Source of the DNA: Bacteroidales bacterium UBA5326
Lineage (GTDB): Bacteria > Bacteroidota > Bacteroidia > Bacteroidales > UBA932
DNA length: 64,000 nucleotides
Reading direction: 5' to 3'
Assembly (NCBI GenBank): GCA_002408205.1
Contig: DHQY01000003.1
Coordinates: 132-64,131, forward strand
The translations under genes were made by a program, and so were the position numbers. Position 1 is the stretch's first letter. Every line of letters begins with the position of its first letter. Positions 35,017 through 46,340 of this stretch are shown here, in pieces. The notes under the pieces are model-generated. The model was not told where the DNA came from. It saw only the letters and a list, made by a program, of their open reading frames with translations, and searched no databases.

Positions 35017-35922
35017 TTAACTTTTCAATACCTCAAAACCGGCTCCGTACACTCCAGTTACGCTTCCAACGGACATAAATGCGTTACGGTCAATCTCTTT
35101 TACGATCTTTGCCAGGGCATTTGATTCAGTTCTGCGCAGTATGACCATGAGGACTTTGTGTTCTGACTTGGTGTACCAGCCTTCAGACGTGATAACGGTC
35201 ACTCCCCGGTGCATTTCCAGGGTGATCCGGTCAGCTATTTCCGCATAATGCTCCGAGAAAATAAAATACTGGACAGAACGTTTTGCGCCTGAGAGGATCA
35301 GGTCTACTGAATAACTCGACAAGCCGATAATAAGGTACCCATAAAGTACGACCGCCAGTTTGAGACCAACGGTAGGCTCGTCCGAAAAAAAGTATGACGC
35401 GCCTATGATCACCAGGTCGCACCATAACATAATGCGTCCGGGAGATATGTTCCTGTATTTATTAACTATCTGAGCGACAATGTCGGTTCCTCCTGTGCTG
35501 CCACCCTGGGCAATTACAATACCTACTCCTGTCCCGGATATAACTGCCCCAATGAGAGCCGAAATAAGTTTCCCGTTATCAAGAGACATGGCTTGAATCA
35601 GGTCTTCGGGAAGGAATCCGGGAATCAGCTGAAATGCAAGCGAGGAGAACACCACGCCATATATGGTTTTGACTCCGAACCGCCAACCAATTGTTTTCAG
35701 ACCAATAAGTATAAGAACAGTATTGATCCCAAAATAAGTAATACTGATAGGAAGACCCGTGGAATAAAAGATAAGGGTGGCAATACCGGTTACGCCACCT
35801 CCAACCAGCTGGTTGGGGATCAAAAAAGTGTTCCAGGCCAGGACATATATGAGCAGTCCAATGGTAATAAAGGTATACTCTTTAACGACCGAGAATTTTT
35901 TTGATGAAAAAAAAGTTTTCAT
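35017..35922 (-). CDS. YitT-family membrane protein (with C-terminal DUF2179-like domain)
   Basis: 301 aa with multiple TM helices and a C-terminal soluble module (..[12 protein letters not shown]...VLMVILRR.E...). Confidence 0.8.
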   Translation of the reverse strand: MKTFFSSKKFSVVKEYTFITIGLLIYVLAWNTFLIPNQLVGGGVTGIATLIFYSTGLPISITYFGINTVLILIGLKTIGWRFGVKTIYGVVFSSLAFQLIPGFLPEDLIQAMSLDNGKLISALIGAVISGTGVGIVIAQGGSTGGTDIVAQIVNKYRNISPGRIMLWCDLVIIGASYFFSDEPTVGLKLAVVLYGYLIIGLSSYSVDLILSGAKRSVQYFIFSEHYAEIADRITLEMHRGVTVITSEGWYTKSEHKVLMVILRRTESNALAKIVKEIDRNAFMSVGSVTGVYGAGFEVLKS

Positions 35923-38681
35923 ACGACAATATTTACAATTTTTCCCGGAACAATGATTATTTTCTTAACCTTACCTTCGCCGGTAAATTTAATGGTACGT
36001 TCGTCTTTTACTATTTCGGCTTCTATTTCTTCTTTTGTAAGATCTAAAGGCATTTCTTTTTTGAAACGTAGTTTTCCGTTAAATGAAACAGGGTATTCGA
36101 ACATATTCTCAATAGTGCAGGCCGGCTCGTATTCAGGAAACGATGCATCGGCAACTGAAGGTTCGTTACCCAGCAAAGACCATAATTCTTCTGCAATATG
36201 CGGGGCAAAAGGAGAAATGAGGATGACCAGCGGCTCCAGGATCCGGCGTTTGTTACACTTAAGATCCGAAAGTTCGTTAATGGCTATCATGAAAGCACTT
36301 ACCGAGGTATTATATGAGAAATGTTCAATATCGTCCTGTACTTTACCAATCAGTTTGTGTAAGATCTTCATTTCCTCCGGAACAGGAGCTTCGGGAGAAA
36401 CGCTCCAGCTGCCTTCCCTGTTTGTGAAAAGCCTCCAGAATTTACGCAGGAAACGATGAACTCCGTCAATTCCGTTGGTGTCCCAGGGTTTGGACTGCTC
36501 CAGCGGGCCCAGGAACATTTCATACATACGCAGGGTGTCGGCACCGTAATTGGAGCAGATAGTATCGGGATTTACTACGTTGAACATAGATTTGCTCATT
36601 TTCTCAATGGCCCAGCCGCAGATGTATTCTCCATTCTCAAGGATAAATTCGGCGTTCCTGTATTCCGGGGTCCATAGCCGGAAAGCTTCAAGGTCCAGCT
36701 TGTCGTTCGAGACGATATTCACATCTACGTGGATTTGTGTGGTGTCGTATTGGTCTTTCAGCCCGTAAGATACAAACGTGTTGGAATTCTTAATCCGGTA
36801 TACAAAATTCGACCGGCCCTGGATCATGCCCTGGTTGACCAGCTTCCTGAAAGGCTCGTCTTTGCATACGTACCCCAGGTCGAACAGGAATTTATTCCAG
36901 AATCTTGAATAGATTAAGTGTCCCGTGGCGTGTTCTGTGCCTCCGATATAGAGATCCACATCCTGCCAGTACTCGTTGGCTTCTTTGGAAACAAGCTGAC
37001 GGTCGTTATGAGGGTCCATATAGCGCAGGTAATAGGCCGAACTGCCTGCAAATCCGGGCATAGTGCTTTTTTCGAGCGGGTATCCTCCGTAGGTCCAGTT
37101 CCTGGCATGAGCCAGGGGTGGTTCTCCGTTCCTGGTGGGCTGAAAAGAATCAATGTGCGGTAACCTGAGCGGTAGTTCGCTTTCGGGCATTGGCTGGGCT
37201 ATCCCTTCCCGGTAATAGATAGGGAAGGGTTCGCCCCAATAACGTTGGCGGGAGAAGATGGCATCGCGCAGACGATAGTTCACTTTTCGTTTGCCGAGTT
37301 TTCTCCGCTCTACTTCCCGTATGGCGGCAGGAATGGCTTCCGCTACCGTCATCCCGTTCAAAAAACCGGAATTGCACATGATACCTTCCTTTGCATCGAA
37401 ACTTTCCCCGCTGATGTCACATCCTTCAATAAGGGGAATCACCGGCAAATTGAAATGATGGGCAAAAACGTAGTCCCGGCTGTCGTGTGCAGGTACGGCC
37501 ATTATGGCACCGGTCCCGTATCCTGCCAGTACGTATTCACTTATCCACACGGGAATTTTTTCTTCTGTGAACGGGTTAACGGCATACGATCCGCTGAATA
37601 CTCCGGTTACTTTTTGGTCGGCAATCCGTTCTCGTTCTGTTTTGGTTCTTACATAGGCCACGTATTCTTCAACCTCTTTTTTTTGTTCGCCGGTTGTTAG
37701 TTTTTCTACCCAATCACTCTCGGGTGCAAGGACCATAAAAGTAACCCCGTAGACAGTATCGGCGCGGGTAGTGAAAATGGTCATTGTATATGTTTTGTCT
37801 CCGTTACTTACCTGGAAATCCATCTCGGCACCTTCTGATCTTCCAATCCAGTTGCGTTGCATATCTTTGAGCGAATCGGACCATTCCAGCGTGTCCAGGC
37901 CGCACAGCAGCCTTTCGGCATAAGCCGAGACACGGAGTTGCCACTGGCGCATCTTTTTCTGTGCCACAGGATGTCCTCCCCGGATAGAAACCCCGTCTTT
38001 TACCTCGTCATTGGCCAGGACGGTTCCAAGTGCTTCACACCAGTTCACGGATGTTTCTCCCAGGTAAGCAATGCGGTATTCCATAAGGATGCCGGCTTTC
38101 TTTTCTTCAGGAAAAGCATTCCATTCGGCGGCAGAGAAAGCAGGCGGATTGCCGCAGGCGGCTTGTACATGGCCGTTGCCCTGCCTTGAAAAAGTAAGGA
38201 TAAGGTCTTCAATGGGTTCCGCCTTGTCGGTACGGATATTGTACCAATGGTGAAACATTTTCAGGAAGGCCCATTGGGTCCAGGCATAGTAAGATGGTTC
38301 GCAGGTACGTACCTCCCGGTCCCAGTCGTAGGAAAAACCTATTTTGTCCAGCTGTTCACGGTAGCGGCGTATATTGTTTTCAGTTGTAATTTCTGGTGCC
38401 TGTCCGGTCTGTATGGCGTATTGTTCGGCCGGAAGACCAAAGGCATCGTAACCCATAGGATGAAGTACGTTAAAGCCTTTCAACCGTTTGTACCGCGAAT
38501 AAATATCGCTGGCAATATAGCCCAGCGGATGTCCCACGTGCAGGCCTGCCCCGGAAGGATAGGGGAACATATCCAGAACGTAGAACTTTGGTTTGGAAGT
38601 ATGGATGTCTACTTTGTACGTTTTGTTTTCTGCCCAGTATGCCTGCCATTTCCGTTCAATGGCTGCGAAATTATATTCCAT
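35919..38681 (-). CDS. leuS: Leucine--tRNA ligase
   Basis: 920 aa. HIGH motif (LHVGHPLGY) and KMSKS (EKMSKSMFN). Confidence 0.96.
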   Translation of the reverse strand: MEYNFAAIERKWQAYWAENKTYKVDIHTSKPKFYVLDMFPYPSGAGLHVGHPLGYIASDIYSRYKRLKGFNVLHPMGYDAFGLPAEQYAIQTGQAPEITTENNIRRYREQLDKIGFSYDWDREVRTCEPSYYAWTQWAFLKMFHHWYNIRTDKAEPIEDLILTFSRQGNGHVQAACGNPPAFSAAEWNAFPEEKKAGILMEYRIAYLGETSVNWCEALGTVLANDEVKDGVSIRGGHPVAQKKMRQWQLRVSAYAERLLCGLDTLEWSDSLKDMQRNWIGRSEGAEMDFQVSNGDKTYTMTIFTTRADTVYGVTFMVLAPESDWVEKLTTGEQKKEVEEYVAYVRTKTERERIADQKVTGVFSGSYAVNPFTEEKIPVWISEYVLAGYGTGAIMAVPAHDSRDYVFAHHFNLPVIPLIEGCDISGESFDAKEGIMCNSGFLNGMTVAEAIPAAIREVERRKLGKRKVNYRLRDAIFSRQRYWGEPFPIYYREGIAQPMPESELPLRLPHIDSFQPTRNGEPPLAHARNWTYGGYPLEKSTMPGFAGSSAYYLRYMDPHNDRQLVSKEANEYWQDVDLYIGGTEHATGHLIYSRFWNKFLFDLGYVCKDEPFRKLVNQGMIQGRSNFVYRIKNSNTFVSYGLKDQYDTTQIHVDVNIVSNDKLDLEAFRLWTPEYRNAEFILENGEYICGWAIEKMSKSMFNVVNPDTICSNYGADTLRMYEMFLGPLEQSKPWDTNGIDGVHRFLRKFWRLFTNREGSWSVSPEAPVPEEMKILHKLIGKVQDDIEHFSYNTSVSAFMIAINELSDLKCNKRRILEPLVILISPFAPHIAEELWSLLGNEPSVADASFPEYEPACTIENMFEYPVSFNGKLRFKKEMPLDLTKEEIEAEIVKDERTIKFTGEGKVKKIIIVPGKIVNIVV

Positions 38682-38706
38682 GTGTGCCTTAGATTTTAAC
38701 AGGCCA

Positions 38707-38714
38707 CAAAGGTA
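38707..38714 (-). promoter_or_regulatory. TAnnTTTG -7 box (TACCTTTG on the minus strand) for leuS
   Basis: Plus strand reads CAAAGGTA, 25 nt upstream of the leuS ATG. Confidence 0.45.
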
Positions 38715-38884
38715 ATAAAAACAAGTAGGGAGAAAAATGTGTGAAACGTAAAAAGTTCAGGATATCCATTTTTTACGGATTCTTTTATCATAATTGAAAG
38801 TCAGCTGAATATCCTTTTAAAAAAAAGAAGACAATTATTTTTTTCCGTTTCTTTTCCTGTTGAAAGCAGTTCTGTAAGATATCA

Positions 38885-40123
38885 ATGGTAAATTTGGTTA
38901 ATCAGAAATTCACCACCATGATGTCATACTACTTAGACCTGGCAGGAAGTTTTGTTTATATGTCTTCCGCCGTACTATTGGCTGCAAAATTAAAAATCAA
39001 GTCAGCCATGCATTATGCCGCTGCGCCGTCGACCAGAGCTCTTATGTTTTCTTTCCTGATGTTGGCGATGTATTTAATTTTACGGATAATTTTATATGAT
39101 CTCAGTCCGGTTTTTCTTTACACTTATATGACGCATGATAATCTACTCAAGATCGCCCTGACATGCCTGCCCATGTATTGTATTGCCAGCGCCCCTTTAC
39201 CGGCCTGTGGAAAAAACATACCTGTAAGGAAATACTTCTTGTGGGTTTTTGTTTTAAGCTCTGTGATCACAGTAGGATTCTCTTTACTTTTCGGCCGTAT
39301 TCTTGTTCCTTCCCACGTGCTGTTAAGACTTTGGAATACGTTGTGTTTTTCTGTCGTATCAATGGGCTTCCTTTTTCTTTTTAATGTTATCAGGGAGGGA
39401 GGGAAAAGGATGATAACGATTTATTGCCAGAGCGCTTCGTTCAGATGGACCCTGTTCATTTCCTGGTTTTCTGCTACATTTGCTTTTTTGCTGGTGCTGT
39501 TTGACGTCCATCTGGCTGCCAGAATTTTTTCTGTTCTTAGTTTAGGTCTCTATCTGATTTTTCTTTATACGATACTCTTTAGAGAATCTGATGTTATATA
39601 CAGCAGGCCCGGGCCTGAAGAGACTTTTTCACCAAAGGGAGGCGCCTGGCTGGCCCTGGAAGAAGCCAAGAACCAAATGGAACGTATGTATGAGGAAATT
39701 TACAGGAAGCTTTGCCTTTATATGGATACGGAGAAAGCTTATAGGGACAACGGTATAACACGCAGTCAGGTAGCTTCAGCTATAGGAACTAATACCAGCT
39801 ACCTGTCTCGTTCGCTGAATGAAAAAGGCGGCATGAATTTCAAGCAGTTCATTAATCTTTACAGGGTACAGCATGCTCAGCAATACTATAAGGAAAACCC
39901 CGGGGTGAAACTTATTGATCTTTGTGTGGAATCCGGTTTTAAATCCATTACCGCCATTAACCTGGCTTTTCATCTGAATCTGGGAATGACGCCCGGGGAA
40001 TGGTGCCGTCTGTATACACTCAATAAATCTGGCCAAGACTCTGAGAAATCCATACAGGCACTTTTGCCACAGTACCCCACTATCCGCAAGCAAACCAAAG
40101 AGTTACATAAAACAACCAAGTAA
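38885..40123 (+). CDS. Membrane-embedded (about 7 TM) AraC-type HTH regulator
   Basis: About 7 predicted TM helices in the first ~230 aa, a short coiled-coil, then an AraC/XylS HTH module (ITRSQVASAIGTNTSYLSRSLN...FKSITAINLAFHLNLGMTPGEW). A TAAATTTG box at 38889-38896 suggests the real start may be the ATG at 38918. Confidence 0.72.
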   Translation: MVNLVNQKFTTMMSYYLDLAGSFVYMSSAVLLAAKLKIKSAMHYAAAPSTRALMFSFLMLAMYLILRIILYDLSPVFLYTYMTHDNLLKIALTCLPMYCIASAPLPACGKNIPVRKYFLWVFVLSSVITVGFSLLFGRILVPSHVLLRLWNTLCFSVVSMGFLFLFNVIREGGKRMITIYCQSASFRWTLFISWFSATFAFLLVLFDVHLAARIFSVLSLGLYLIFLYTILFRESDVIYSRPGPEETFSPKGGAWLALEEAKNQMERMYEEIYRKLCLYMDTEKAYRDNGITRSQVASAIGTNTSYLSRSLNEKGGMNFKQFINLYRVQHAQQYYKENPGVKLIDLCVESGFKSITAINLAFHLNLGMTPGEWCRLYTLNKSGQDSEKSIQALLPQYPTIRKQTKELHKTTK

Positions 40124-40599
40124 TGAATGCATTAGATAAATTATTCAGCTGGATTTACCGGCAATCGGAGGGATGGATGCTTATGGAACCTAACCTGTTC
40201 AGGAAAATTAACGATCCTTATCCCGAGAGCCCGGGAGAAATTGTTATAAAGGTGAGTAATCTCATGGATAAGAAAAAATATTACAAAGATCCGGATATTA
40301 CTATAGAAAAGCTTTGCACGTTCATTCATATCAACCGGTCTTATCTTTCACGGGCCATCCACAAGGTATACGGTATTAATTTTTGCGAATGGGTTAACCT
40401 GTACCGAATTGAAGAAGCAAAGATACTGATGAGAAAAGAAAAAGGAAATACGCTTGATCTGGAAGACCTGGCCGTACAATGCGGTTTCAATTCCGTTCGT
40501 TCATTTACCAGGGTATTCAGTGCCAAAGAGAATATGACACCGAGACAGTTCTTCAAGTCTGAAAGGTGGAAACGAACTAGACAAAAAATTTGTGGATAG
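40123..40599 (+). CDS. Small soluble AraC-family HTH protein
   Basis: 158 aa with an AraC HTH (ITIEKLCTFIHINRSYLSRAIHKVYG...GFNSVRSFTRVFSAKENMTPRQF). TAATG overlap with the upstream gene. Confidence 0.78.
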   Translation: MNALDKLFSWIYRQSEGWMLMEPNLFRKINDPYPESPGEIVIKVSNLMDKKKYYKDPDITIEKLCTFIHINRSYLSRAIHKVYGINFCEWVNLYRIEEAKILMRKEKGNTLDLEDLAVQCGFNSVRSFTRVFSAKENMTPRQFFKSERWKRTRQKICG

Positions 40600-41929
40600 T
40601 CTGTAGCGCGGATGGCAGCGAAAAGACGACAACCCGGTCGTAAGGTTTAATTTCCGTATCGCCGCGAACGATAATGCTGCTGTTCCCCCTGGTGATACCT
40701 CCAATAATGGCGTCTTTGGGAAATCCCAGATCCCTTACTTTTTTAAGCGTTGCGAGGCTTCTTGGTTTAGCTATAAATTCAAGAACCTCGGCATCGGACC
40801 CGTTAAGGCATTTCATTGAGGGGACGTCTCCGGTCATCGTAAAACGGAAGATACGGCTTGCGGTAATGAGTTTTTTGTTAATTGTGGCATCGACACCAAC
40901 GCTTTCGGCCAGTTTTATGTAATCCAGGTTTTCAACCTGGGCTATGGTTTTCTTTACTCCCACACGCTTGGCCGCCATACAGGAAAGAATATTTGCCTCG
41001 GCGCTCGATGTAACCGCAACGAATGCATCCATATGAGGCAGGTTCTCTTCCATGAGCAGGTCTGTATTGCGGGCGTCACCGTTAATAATCAGAGAACGGG
41101 GCAGAGATTCGGTCAGTTCCTGACAACGTTTGTGATCAAGTTCCACCACACAGACTTTTTCTATCCGGTTTTCCATGCTGTGAGCCACCATTTCACCCAC
41201 TCTGCCACCTCCCATAATCATCAGGTTTTTTACCACTACGTTGTCTTTTCCGGTCAGAACCATGGCAGCATGGGCGGCTTCTCTTTTGGTTATGATAAAT
41301 ACCAGATCCTGTAATTTAAATACAGTATCTCTTCTCGGGATTAGGGTATTGCCTTCCCGGGCAATGGCAACAGCCCTGTAAGGCAAATCCCCTCCATTCT
41401 CCTCGGAAACCTGCAGCAGACTCTTGTCTACAATAGATGAACCTTCCAGCAGTTTGAGCACGATCAGTTGCAATCTTCCACCGGAAAAGTCCATAAACTC
41501 AGAAGTGCCGGATTGCTTGAGCAGGTCGAGTATTTCATGCGATGCTATGCGTTCGGGATAGAACAACAAGTCAATGCCGAGCTCTGTGAAAATAACCCGG
41601 TTCTCATTTTTAAGGTATTCGTTGTTGTTGATACGCGCCGTTACACGTTTAGCCCCCATTTGCTTGGCTAAAAGTGCGCTGACAATATTCACGTCCTGCG
41701 CATCGGCCGGACTTACGGCAATAAACAGGTCGCATCTGCCAATGCCGGCTCTTTCAAGCGTGGCAACAGAAGTAGGAATCCCGGAAATAGGAACTACATC
41801 TGAAGTTTCCGCAATCTGATTAAGTCTAACTTCGTCCCGGTCAATAATGGTTATCTGGTGATTTTCGCCTGATAACATTTTGGCAAGGTGAAACCCGACT
41901 TCACCGGCACCTGCAATTATGATATTCAT
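40577..41929 (-). CDS. trkA: Trk potassium uptake system NAD-binding subunit TrkA
   Basis: 450 aa. Two RCK/TrkA-N Rossmann motifs (IIIAGAGEVGFHLA; LMIMGGGRVGEMVA), each followed by a TrkA-C domain. Confidence 0.92.
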   Translation of the reverse strand: MNIIIAGAGEVGFHLAKMLSGENHQITIIDRDEVRLNQIAETSDVVPISGIPTSVATLERAGIGRCDLFIAVSPADAQDVNIVSALLAKQMGAKRVTARINNNEYLKNENRVIFTELGIDLLFYPERIASHEILDLLKQSGTSEFMDFSGGRLQLIVLKLLEGSSIVDKSLLQVSEENGGDLPYRAVAIAREGNTLIPRRDTVFKLQDLVFIITKREAAHAAMVLTGKDNVVVKNLMIMGGGRVGEMVAHSMENRIEKVCVVELDHKRCQELTESLPRSLIINGDARNTDLLMEENLPHMDAFVAVTSSAEANILSCMAAKRVGVKKTIAQVENLDYIKLAESVGVDATINKKLITASRIFRFTMTGDVPSMKCLNGSDAEVLEFIAKPRSLATLKKVRDLGFPKDAIIGGITRGNSSIIVRGDTEIKPYDRVVVFSLPSALQTIHKFFV

Positions 41930-41938
41930 TGATTAGTA

Positions 41939-42160
41939 TTAGTATTCGTCTTCATTGAAGAAGAAGTCTTCTTTACTTGGATAGTCCGGCCAGATATCTT
42001 CTATACTGTCATAGATCTCTCCGTCATCTTCCAGGTCAGACAAATTTTCAATTACTTCAAGTGGAGCTCCTGAGCGTGTTGCGTAGTCAATCAATTCCTC
42101 CTTGGTTGCAGGCCAGGGAGCATCTTCTAATTTAGAAGCCAGTTCAAGTGTCCAATACAT
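41939..42160 (-). CDS. DUF2795-family small protein
   Basis: MYWTLELASKLEDAPWPATKEELIDYATRSGAPLEVIENL fits DUF2795. A TAACTTTG box (42188-42195, minus strand) favours the ATG at 42160 over 42190. Confidence 0.65.
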   Translation of the reverse strand: MYWTLELASKLEDAPWPATKEELIDYATRSGAPLEVIENLSDLEDDGEIYDSIEDIWPDYPSKEDFFFNEDEY

Positions 42161-42187
42161 TGATGCATAAATTTTTAAAAATGTGTG

Positions 42188-42195
42188 CAAAGTTA
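42188..42195 (-). promoter_or_regulatory. TAnnTTTG -7 box (TAACTTTG on the minus strand) for DUF2795-trkA
   Basis: Plus strand reads CAAAGTTA. It overlaps the stop of the upstream adenosyltransferase gene. Confidence 0.35.
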
Positions 42196-42744
42196 TAAAA
42201 AAAAGTCTTCTTTACTACCTGTAATCGTACACATATATCGTGCAAGTACAAATAGATAATCGGAAAGACGATTCAGATATATTATAACTTCGGGGGAAAC
42301 AATATCTGTGCCAAGAGCCGCAACCAACCGTTCGGTCTCTCTGCATACGGTGCGCGCCACATGGGTGAAAGCCGAGACGGAGGGGCTGCCGGGAAGAATA
42401 AATGATTTAAAAGCAGGAATATGAAGCTGGATTTCGTCGATAGATGCTTCCAGGTGGGCGGTGGCTTCAGCCAAAGTGGTGGCCCATTTTGGGTCAGAGA
42501 CTTCAGTGGCAAGCACGCAGGCAATAGTCATGAGCCGGGATTGAATGAATATAAGAGGTTCATTGAGCCAGGAAAGATCCGTACACTCCGGGAGAGCCAG
42601 GTAACTTCTCACAACACCTATCCACGAAATAAGCTCGTCTGCCTTTCCGTATGCCGCAATGCGGGGGTGTGTCTTGGAAACCCGTGTACCTCCCGCCAGC
42701 GAAGTTGTGCCGTCATCTCCTTTCCGGGTGTATACTCTACTCAT
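42193..42744 (-). CDS. PduO-type ATP:cob(I)alamin adenosyltransferase
   Basis: 183 aa with the N-terminal signature [16 protein letters not shown]. Confidence 0.88.
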   Translation of the reverse strand: MSRVYTRKGDDGTTSLAGGTRVSKTHPRIAAYGKADELISWIGVVRSYLALPECTDLSWLNEPLIFIQSRLMTIACVLATEVSDPKWATTLAEATAHLEASIDEIQLHIPAFKSFILPGSPSVSAFTHVARTVCRETERLVAALGTDIVSPEVIIYLNRLSDYLFVLARYMCTITGSKEDFFL

Positions 42745-43454
42745 TTCTTTTCAAGAACCGGACGGGGGTTTATTTCGTCGCTTTCAACGAGTCCGTCGCG
42801 CAAGCGAACAATCCGCCGTGCGTAACGTGATATGTCTTCTTCGTGGGTTACTACAATAATTGTATTTCCTTTTGCGTATACTTCTTCGAAAAGAGACATG
42901 ATATCCACAGACGTTTTGGTGTCGAGGTTTCCTGTAGGTTCGTCAGCCAGGATAATGGACGGGTTGTTAACCATTGCGCGGGCGACGGCAACACGTTGTT
43001 TCTGGCCTCCGGACAGTTCATTGGGTTTGTGTTCCATACGATCCCCAAGGTCTACGTTCATGAGGGCGTTTTTTGCCTCTTCTTCTCTTTTTGCCTTGGG
43101 TATTCCTGCATATATCAGCGGCAGGGCCACATTGTTCAGGGCATCGTAACGCGGAAGAAGGTTGAACGACTGGAATACAAAGCCGATTTCCTTGTTTCTA
43201 ACTTCTGCCAGCTGATCATCACGCATCTTGCTAACATCGGTATCGTTTAGAATATAAGTTCCGCTGGTGGGTGTGTCCAGACATCCCAGCAGGTTCATAA
43301 GGGTAGATTTTCCGGATCCTGAGGGCCCCATAATGGCCACGTATTCATTTTTATAAATGGTCAGGTCTACACCGTTTAGAGCGCGTACTTCCTGATTTCC
43401 TACCTGGTAGATTTTTTTGATACCTTTGATTTTGATAATAGCTTCTTTTTCCAT
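42741..43454 (-). CDS. ABC transporter ATP-binding protein (LolD/MacB/FtsE-like)
   Basis: Walker [10 protein letters not shown], signature LSGGQKQR, Walker B ILADEPTG. Confidence 0.88.
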   Translation of the reverse strand: MEKEAIIKIKGIKKIYQVGNQEVRALNGVDLTIYKNEYVAIMGPSGSGKSTLMNLLGCLDTPTSGTYILNDTDVSKMRDDQLAEVRNKEIGFVFQSFNLLPRYDALNNVALPLIYAGIPKAKREEEAKNALMNVDLGDRMEHKPNELSGGQKQRVAVARAMVNNPSIILADEPTGNLDTKTSVDIMSLFEEVYAKGNTIIVVTHEEDISRYARRIVRLRDGLVESDEINPRPVLEKK

Positions 43455-43536
43455 GAGTGCGAATGTACGAAATAAATGCTTTGACTACGCTGCAGCCCTA
43501 AAGTTTAAGGATATCAGGCATACTCGTTTTTTTTCG

Positions 43537-43544
43537 TACTTTTG
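43537..43544 (+). promoter_or_regulatory. TAnnTTTG -7 box (TACTTTTG) for folE
   Basis: The box is 23 nt upstream of the ATG at 43568. Confidence 0.45.
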
Positions 43545-43567
43545 TCGCAAATTTCATTCCAACCGTT

Positions 43568-44155
43568 ATGTCATACAGAAAGGAAGATAAATACTCTGCG
43601 GATGTTACCGGTCAACTGGCCGAACACTACAAGGCCATACTCCATTTGATTGGAGAAGATCCGGAACGGGAAGGGCTCTTAAAAACTCCCGTGCGTGTTG
43701 CCAAAGCAATGCAGTTCCTGACAAAGGGATATCTTGAAGATCCCGCTGCCATATTAAATTCAGCCCGTTTTAAAGAAGAATACCAGCAGATAGTCCTTGT
43801 TAAGGATATTGAAGTGTATTCCCTGTGTGAACATCATATGCTGCCGTTTTATGGGAAAGCCCATGTAGGTTATATTCCCAACGGGTACATTACAGGCGTG
43901 AGTAAAATTGTCCGCGTGGTTGAAACATTTGCCCGTCGCCTGCAGATACAGGAGCGTCTGACCGTACAGATAAGGGATTGTATCCAGCAAACGTTAAATC
44001 CGTTGGGAGTTGCCGTGATTATTGAAGCTGAGCATATGTGTATGCAAATAAGAGGTGTCGAGAAGCAACATTCAAAGATGGTGACATCCGCTTTTACCGG
44101 CGCTTTTCTTAAAGATATGCGTACCCGTGAAGAGTTTATGCATCTTGTTGATTAA
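43568..44155 (+). CDS. folE: GTP cyclohydrolase I
   Basis: 195 aa with the motif [20 protein letters not shown]. Confidence 0.95.
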   Translation: MSYRKEDKYSADVTGQLAEHYKAILHLIGEDPEREGLLKTPVRVAKAMQFLTKGYLEDPAAILNSARFKEEYQQIVLVKDIEVYSLCEHHMLPFYGKAHVGYIPNGYITGVSKIVRVVETFARRLQIQERLTVQIRDCIQQTLNPLGVAVIIEAEHMCMQIRGVEKQHSKMVTSAFTGAFLKDMRTREEFMHLVD

Positions 44156-45539
44156 GACCGAGTTCTTTGGCTCGTTCTTGCATTAATGCAAATGCCTGGC
44201 TGAAATTATTGCCTATTCGTCCGTCAAGGATAGCCTCTTTAATATAGTCCTTTATCAGACCGACTTCTTTGCAGGGCTTAAGTCCGAACGTGCTCATGAT
44301 CAACTCACCCGAGACAGGGGGCTGAAAATTGCGGATAGCGTCTTTTTCTTCCACTTCTACCAGTTTCTGCCTGACCCGTTCGAAATTATCCATATGCTTG
44401 CGGACCGTTGCTTCATTTTTAGAAGTAATGTCGGCCCTGCATAAAAGCATTAGATCGTCAATATCGTCTCCGGCATCGAAAAGCAGCCTGCGTACGCCGG
44501 AATCGCTTACCTCGTTTACCAGGGCAATGGGTCTGAGATGAAGCATTACCATTTTCCGGACATACCGCATTTCTTCTGTTAAAGGAAGTTTAAGTTGCCG
44601 GAAAATGGGCAGGATCATTTTGCTTCCCAAAAACTCGTGTCCGTGGAAAGTCCATCCCGCCTGGGGCTGATATTGTTTGCTGGCCGGTTTACCAATATCG
44701 TGCAGCAGCGCGGCCCAACGGAGCCATATATTGTTGCTTTGTGCGGCTACGTTGTCAAGAACTTTCAAAGTATGACTGAAATTTTCTTTGTGGCCTTTTC
44801 CTTCCATTGTCTCAACCCCTTTAAGATGAGCAAGCTGCGGCAATATGATTTTAAGCAATCCCGATCTCTCAAGCAATACAAAACCGATTGAGGGTTTTTC
44901 AGCCGCCATGATCTTTTGCAATTCGTCTGTAATCCTCTCCTGGGAAACGATACTTATCCGTCCAGCATTGTGTTTAATGGATTCAAAGGAATTTTTTTCA
45001 ATGGAAAATCCGAGTTGTGTTGCAAAACGAATAGCCCTGATCATTCGCAGCGGATCGTCGCTGTAAGTGACATCGGGGTCAAGCGGAGTGCGAATGATTC
45101 TGTCCTGAAGGTCCTGCATCCCGTTGAAAGGATCGATGACATTTCCATAATCATTTTGCTGCAGGCTGAATGCCATGGCATTGATAGTAAAATCCCGCCG
45201 CTTCTGGTCGTCTTCAATAGATCCGTCCTCAACAACCGGCTTACGCGAGTCCAATCGGTAGGATTCTTTACGGGCTCCCACAAATTCAACTTCAAGCCCC
45301 CTGTACCTGAGCATGGCAGTTCCAAAATTTTTGAAAACGGTAGTTTTCAGGCCTAATTCCTGTGCCACCGCATCGGCCAGCTCAATTCCACTGCCCTCTG
45401 CCACTATGTCTATATCTGTGCATGGACGGCCAAGAAAGAAATCCCGCACATATCCTCCTATTACAAAAGCACGAACTCCCAAAATAGCGGCTTGTCGGGC
45501 AACTATGCCGAAAATTTTAAATCTCAGGGGCGCTTTCAT
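44136..45539 (-). CDS. cca: CCA-adding tRNA nucleotidyltransferase / poly(A) polymerase family protein with HD domain
   Basis: 467 aa. Nucleotidyltransferase head (IGGYVRD..DIDIV) and HD motif (LLHDIGKP). Confidence 0.82.
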   Translation of the reverse strand: MKAPLRFKIFGIVARQAAILGVRAFVIGGYVRDFFLGRPCTDIDIVAEGSGIELADAVAQELGLKTTVFKNFGTAMLRYRGLEVEFVGARKESYRLDSRKPVVEDGSIEDDQKRRDFTINAMAFSLQQNDYGNVIDPFNGMQDLQDRIIRTPLDPDVTYSDDPLRMIRAIRFATQLGFSIEKNSFESIKHNAGRISIVSQERITDELQKIMAAEKPSIGFVLLERSGLLKIILPQLAHLKGVETMEGKGHKENFSHTLKVLDNVAAQSNNIWLRWAALLHDIGKPASKQYQPQAGWTFHGHEFLGSKMILPIFRQLKLPLTEEMRYVRKMVMLHLRPIALVNEVSDSGVRRLLFDAGDDIDDLMLLCRADITSKNEATVRKHMDNFERVRQKLVEVEEKDAIRNFQPPVSGELIMSTFGLKPCKEVGLIKDYIKEAILDGRIGNNFSQAFALMQERAKELGLNQQDA

Positions 45540-45551
45540 TCCGCAAAAGTA

Positions 45552-45959
45552 CTATAAAAGCTGTTCGAAAGATGGTATTTCATTAAGAAATTCGTAAGCC
45601 TGACTGTTTATATTGAATTTGCAGAAGTATGTCTGACGGTTGTTTCCAATCAACAGGTATGGTGCCAGAAGTACGGTATTGTAGCGTTTTAACTGATCAA
45701 GCGCACTGGGTCCCAAAGCCACCTGCGGGGCTTTGAATTCAGCCAGAATCAGCGGCTCAGCGTGGCGGTCGTGAAGCACCAGGTCTGCCCTGAAGGACCT
45801 CCCGTTCAATTCAATGGGGTATTCACAGGCCATCAGGTGCAGCGGAGCTCCGCAAACCAGGTGAAGGTGACGGATCATATTCTGGCGTACTTCTTCTTCG
45901 GGTGTGCGTACAATCCATTTCTTCCTTACAAGGCAATAGATGAGATTTGGGTCGTTCAT
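45552..45959 (-). CDS. HsdR_N-like (type I restriction enzyme R N-terminal, PD-(D/E)xK-fold) stand-alone protein
   Basis: 135 aa. EEVRQ..I..L.........ACEYPIELNGRSFRADLVLHDR...LILAEFK fits the small HSDR_N_2 family. Confidence 0.65.
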   Translation of the reverse strand: MNDPNLIYCLVRKKWIVRTPEEEVRQNMIRHLHLVCGAPLHLMACEYPIELNGRSFRADLVLHDRHAEPLILAEFKAPQVALGPSALDQLKRYNTVLLAPYLLIGNNRQTYFCKFNINSQAYEFLNEIPSFEQLL

Positions 45960-45966
45960 TAGATCC

Positions 45967-45974
45967 CAAAGATA
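45967..45974 (-). promoter_or_regulatory. TAnnTTTG -7 box (TATCTTTG on the minus strand) for the HsdR_N-like/cca run
   Basis: Plus strand reads CAAAGATA, 7 nt upstream of the ATG at 45959. Confidence 0.4.
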
Positions 45975-46026
45975 ACAAATTGACAGAAAACAGGTTTTTT
46001 ATTATATTTACGCAAATAACATTACT

Positions 46027-46314
46027 ATGGACAGAGAACAATTCAAAAACAATGCGAAGAAAAGCATTGACGACATTTTTGCCAGAATTGACCGTCTTGA
46101 AGCAGAAAAAGACAAAACGGCCGGCAAGATAAAAACTGAGTATGAAGAAAGAATTGCAGAACTGAAAGCAAAAAAAGATGAACTGAAGGCCCGGTATGAT
46201 AAGCTAATGGACGCCACTGAAGAAAACTGGGATGAGATAAAAGGCGCTTTTCAATCTGCCAGCGAATCTTTTAAAGAGGGTTTTTCCAAAATCGGATCGC
46301 TCTTTAAAGATTAG
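46027..46314 (+). CDS. Small coiled-coil protein, function unknown
   Basis: 95 aa, strongly charged heptad-like sequence (RIDRLEAEKDKTAGKIKTEYEERIAELKAKKDELKARYDKL). No family recognised. Confidence 0.6.
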   Translation: MDREQFKNNAKKSIDDIFARIDRLEAEKDKTAGKIKTEYEERIAELKAKKDELKARYDKLMDATEENWDEIKGAFQSASESFKEGFSKIGSLFKD

Positions 46315-46328
46315 TCGGGTGGATTGCT

Positions 46329-46336
46329 TAATTTTG
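46329..46336 (+). promoter_or_regulatory. TAnnTTTG -7 box (TAATTTTG) abutting the holA start
   Basis: Four nt separate the box from the ATG at 46341, which predicts a leaderless mRNA. Confidence 0.4.
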
Positions 46337-46340
46337 CTGC

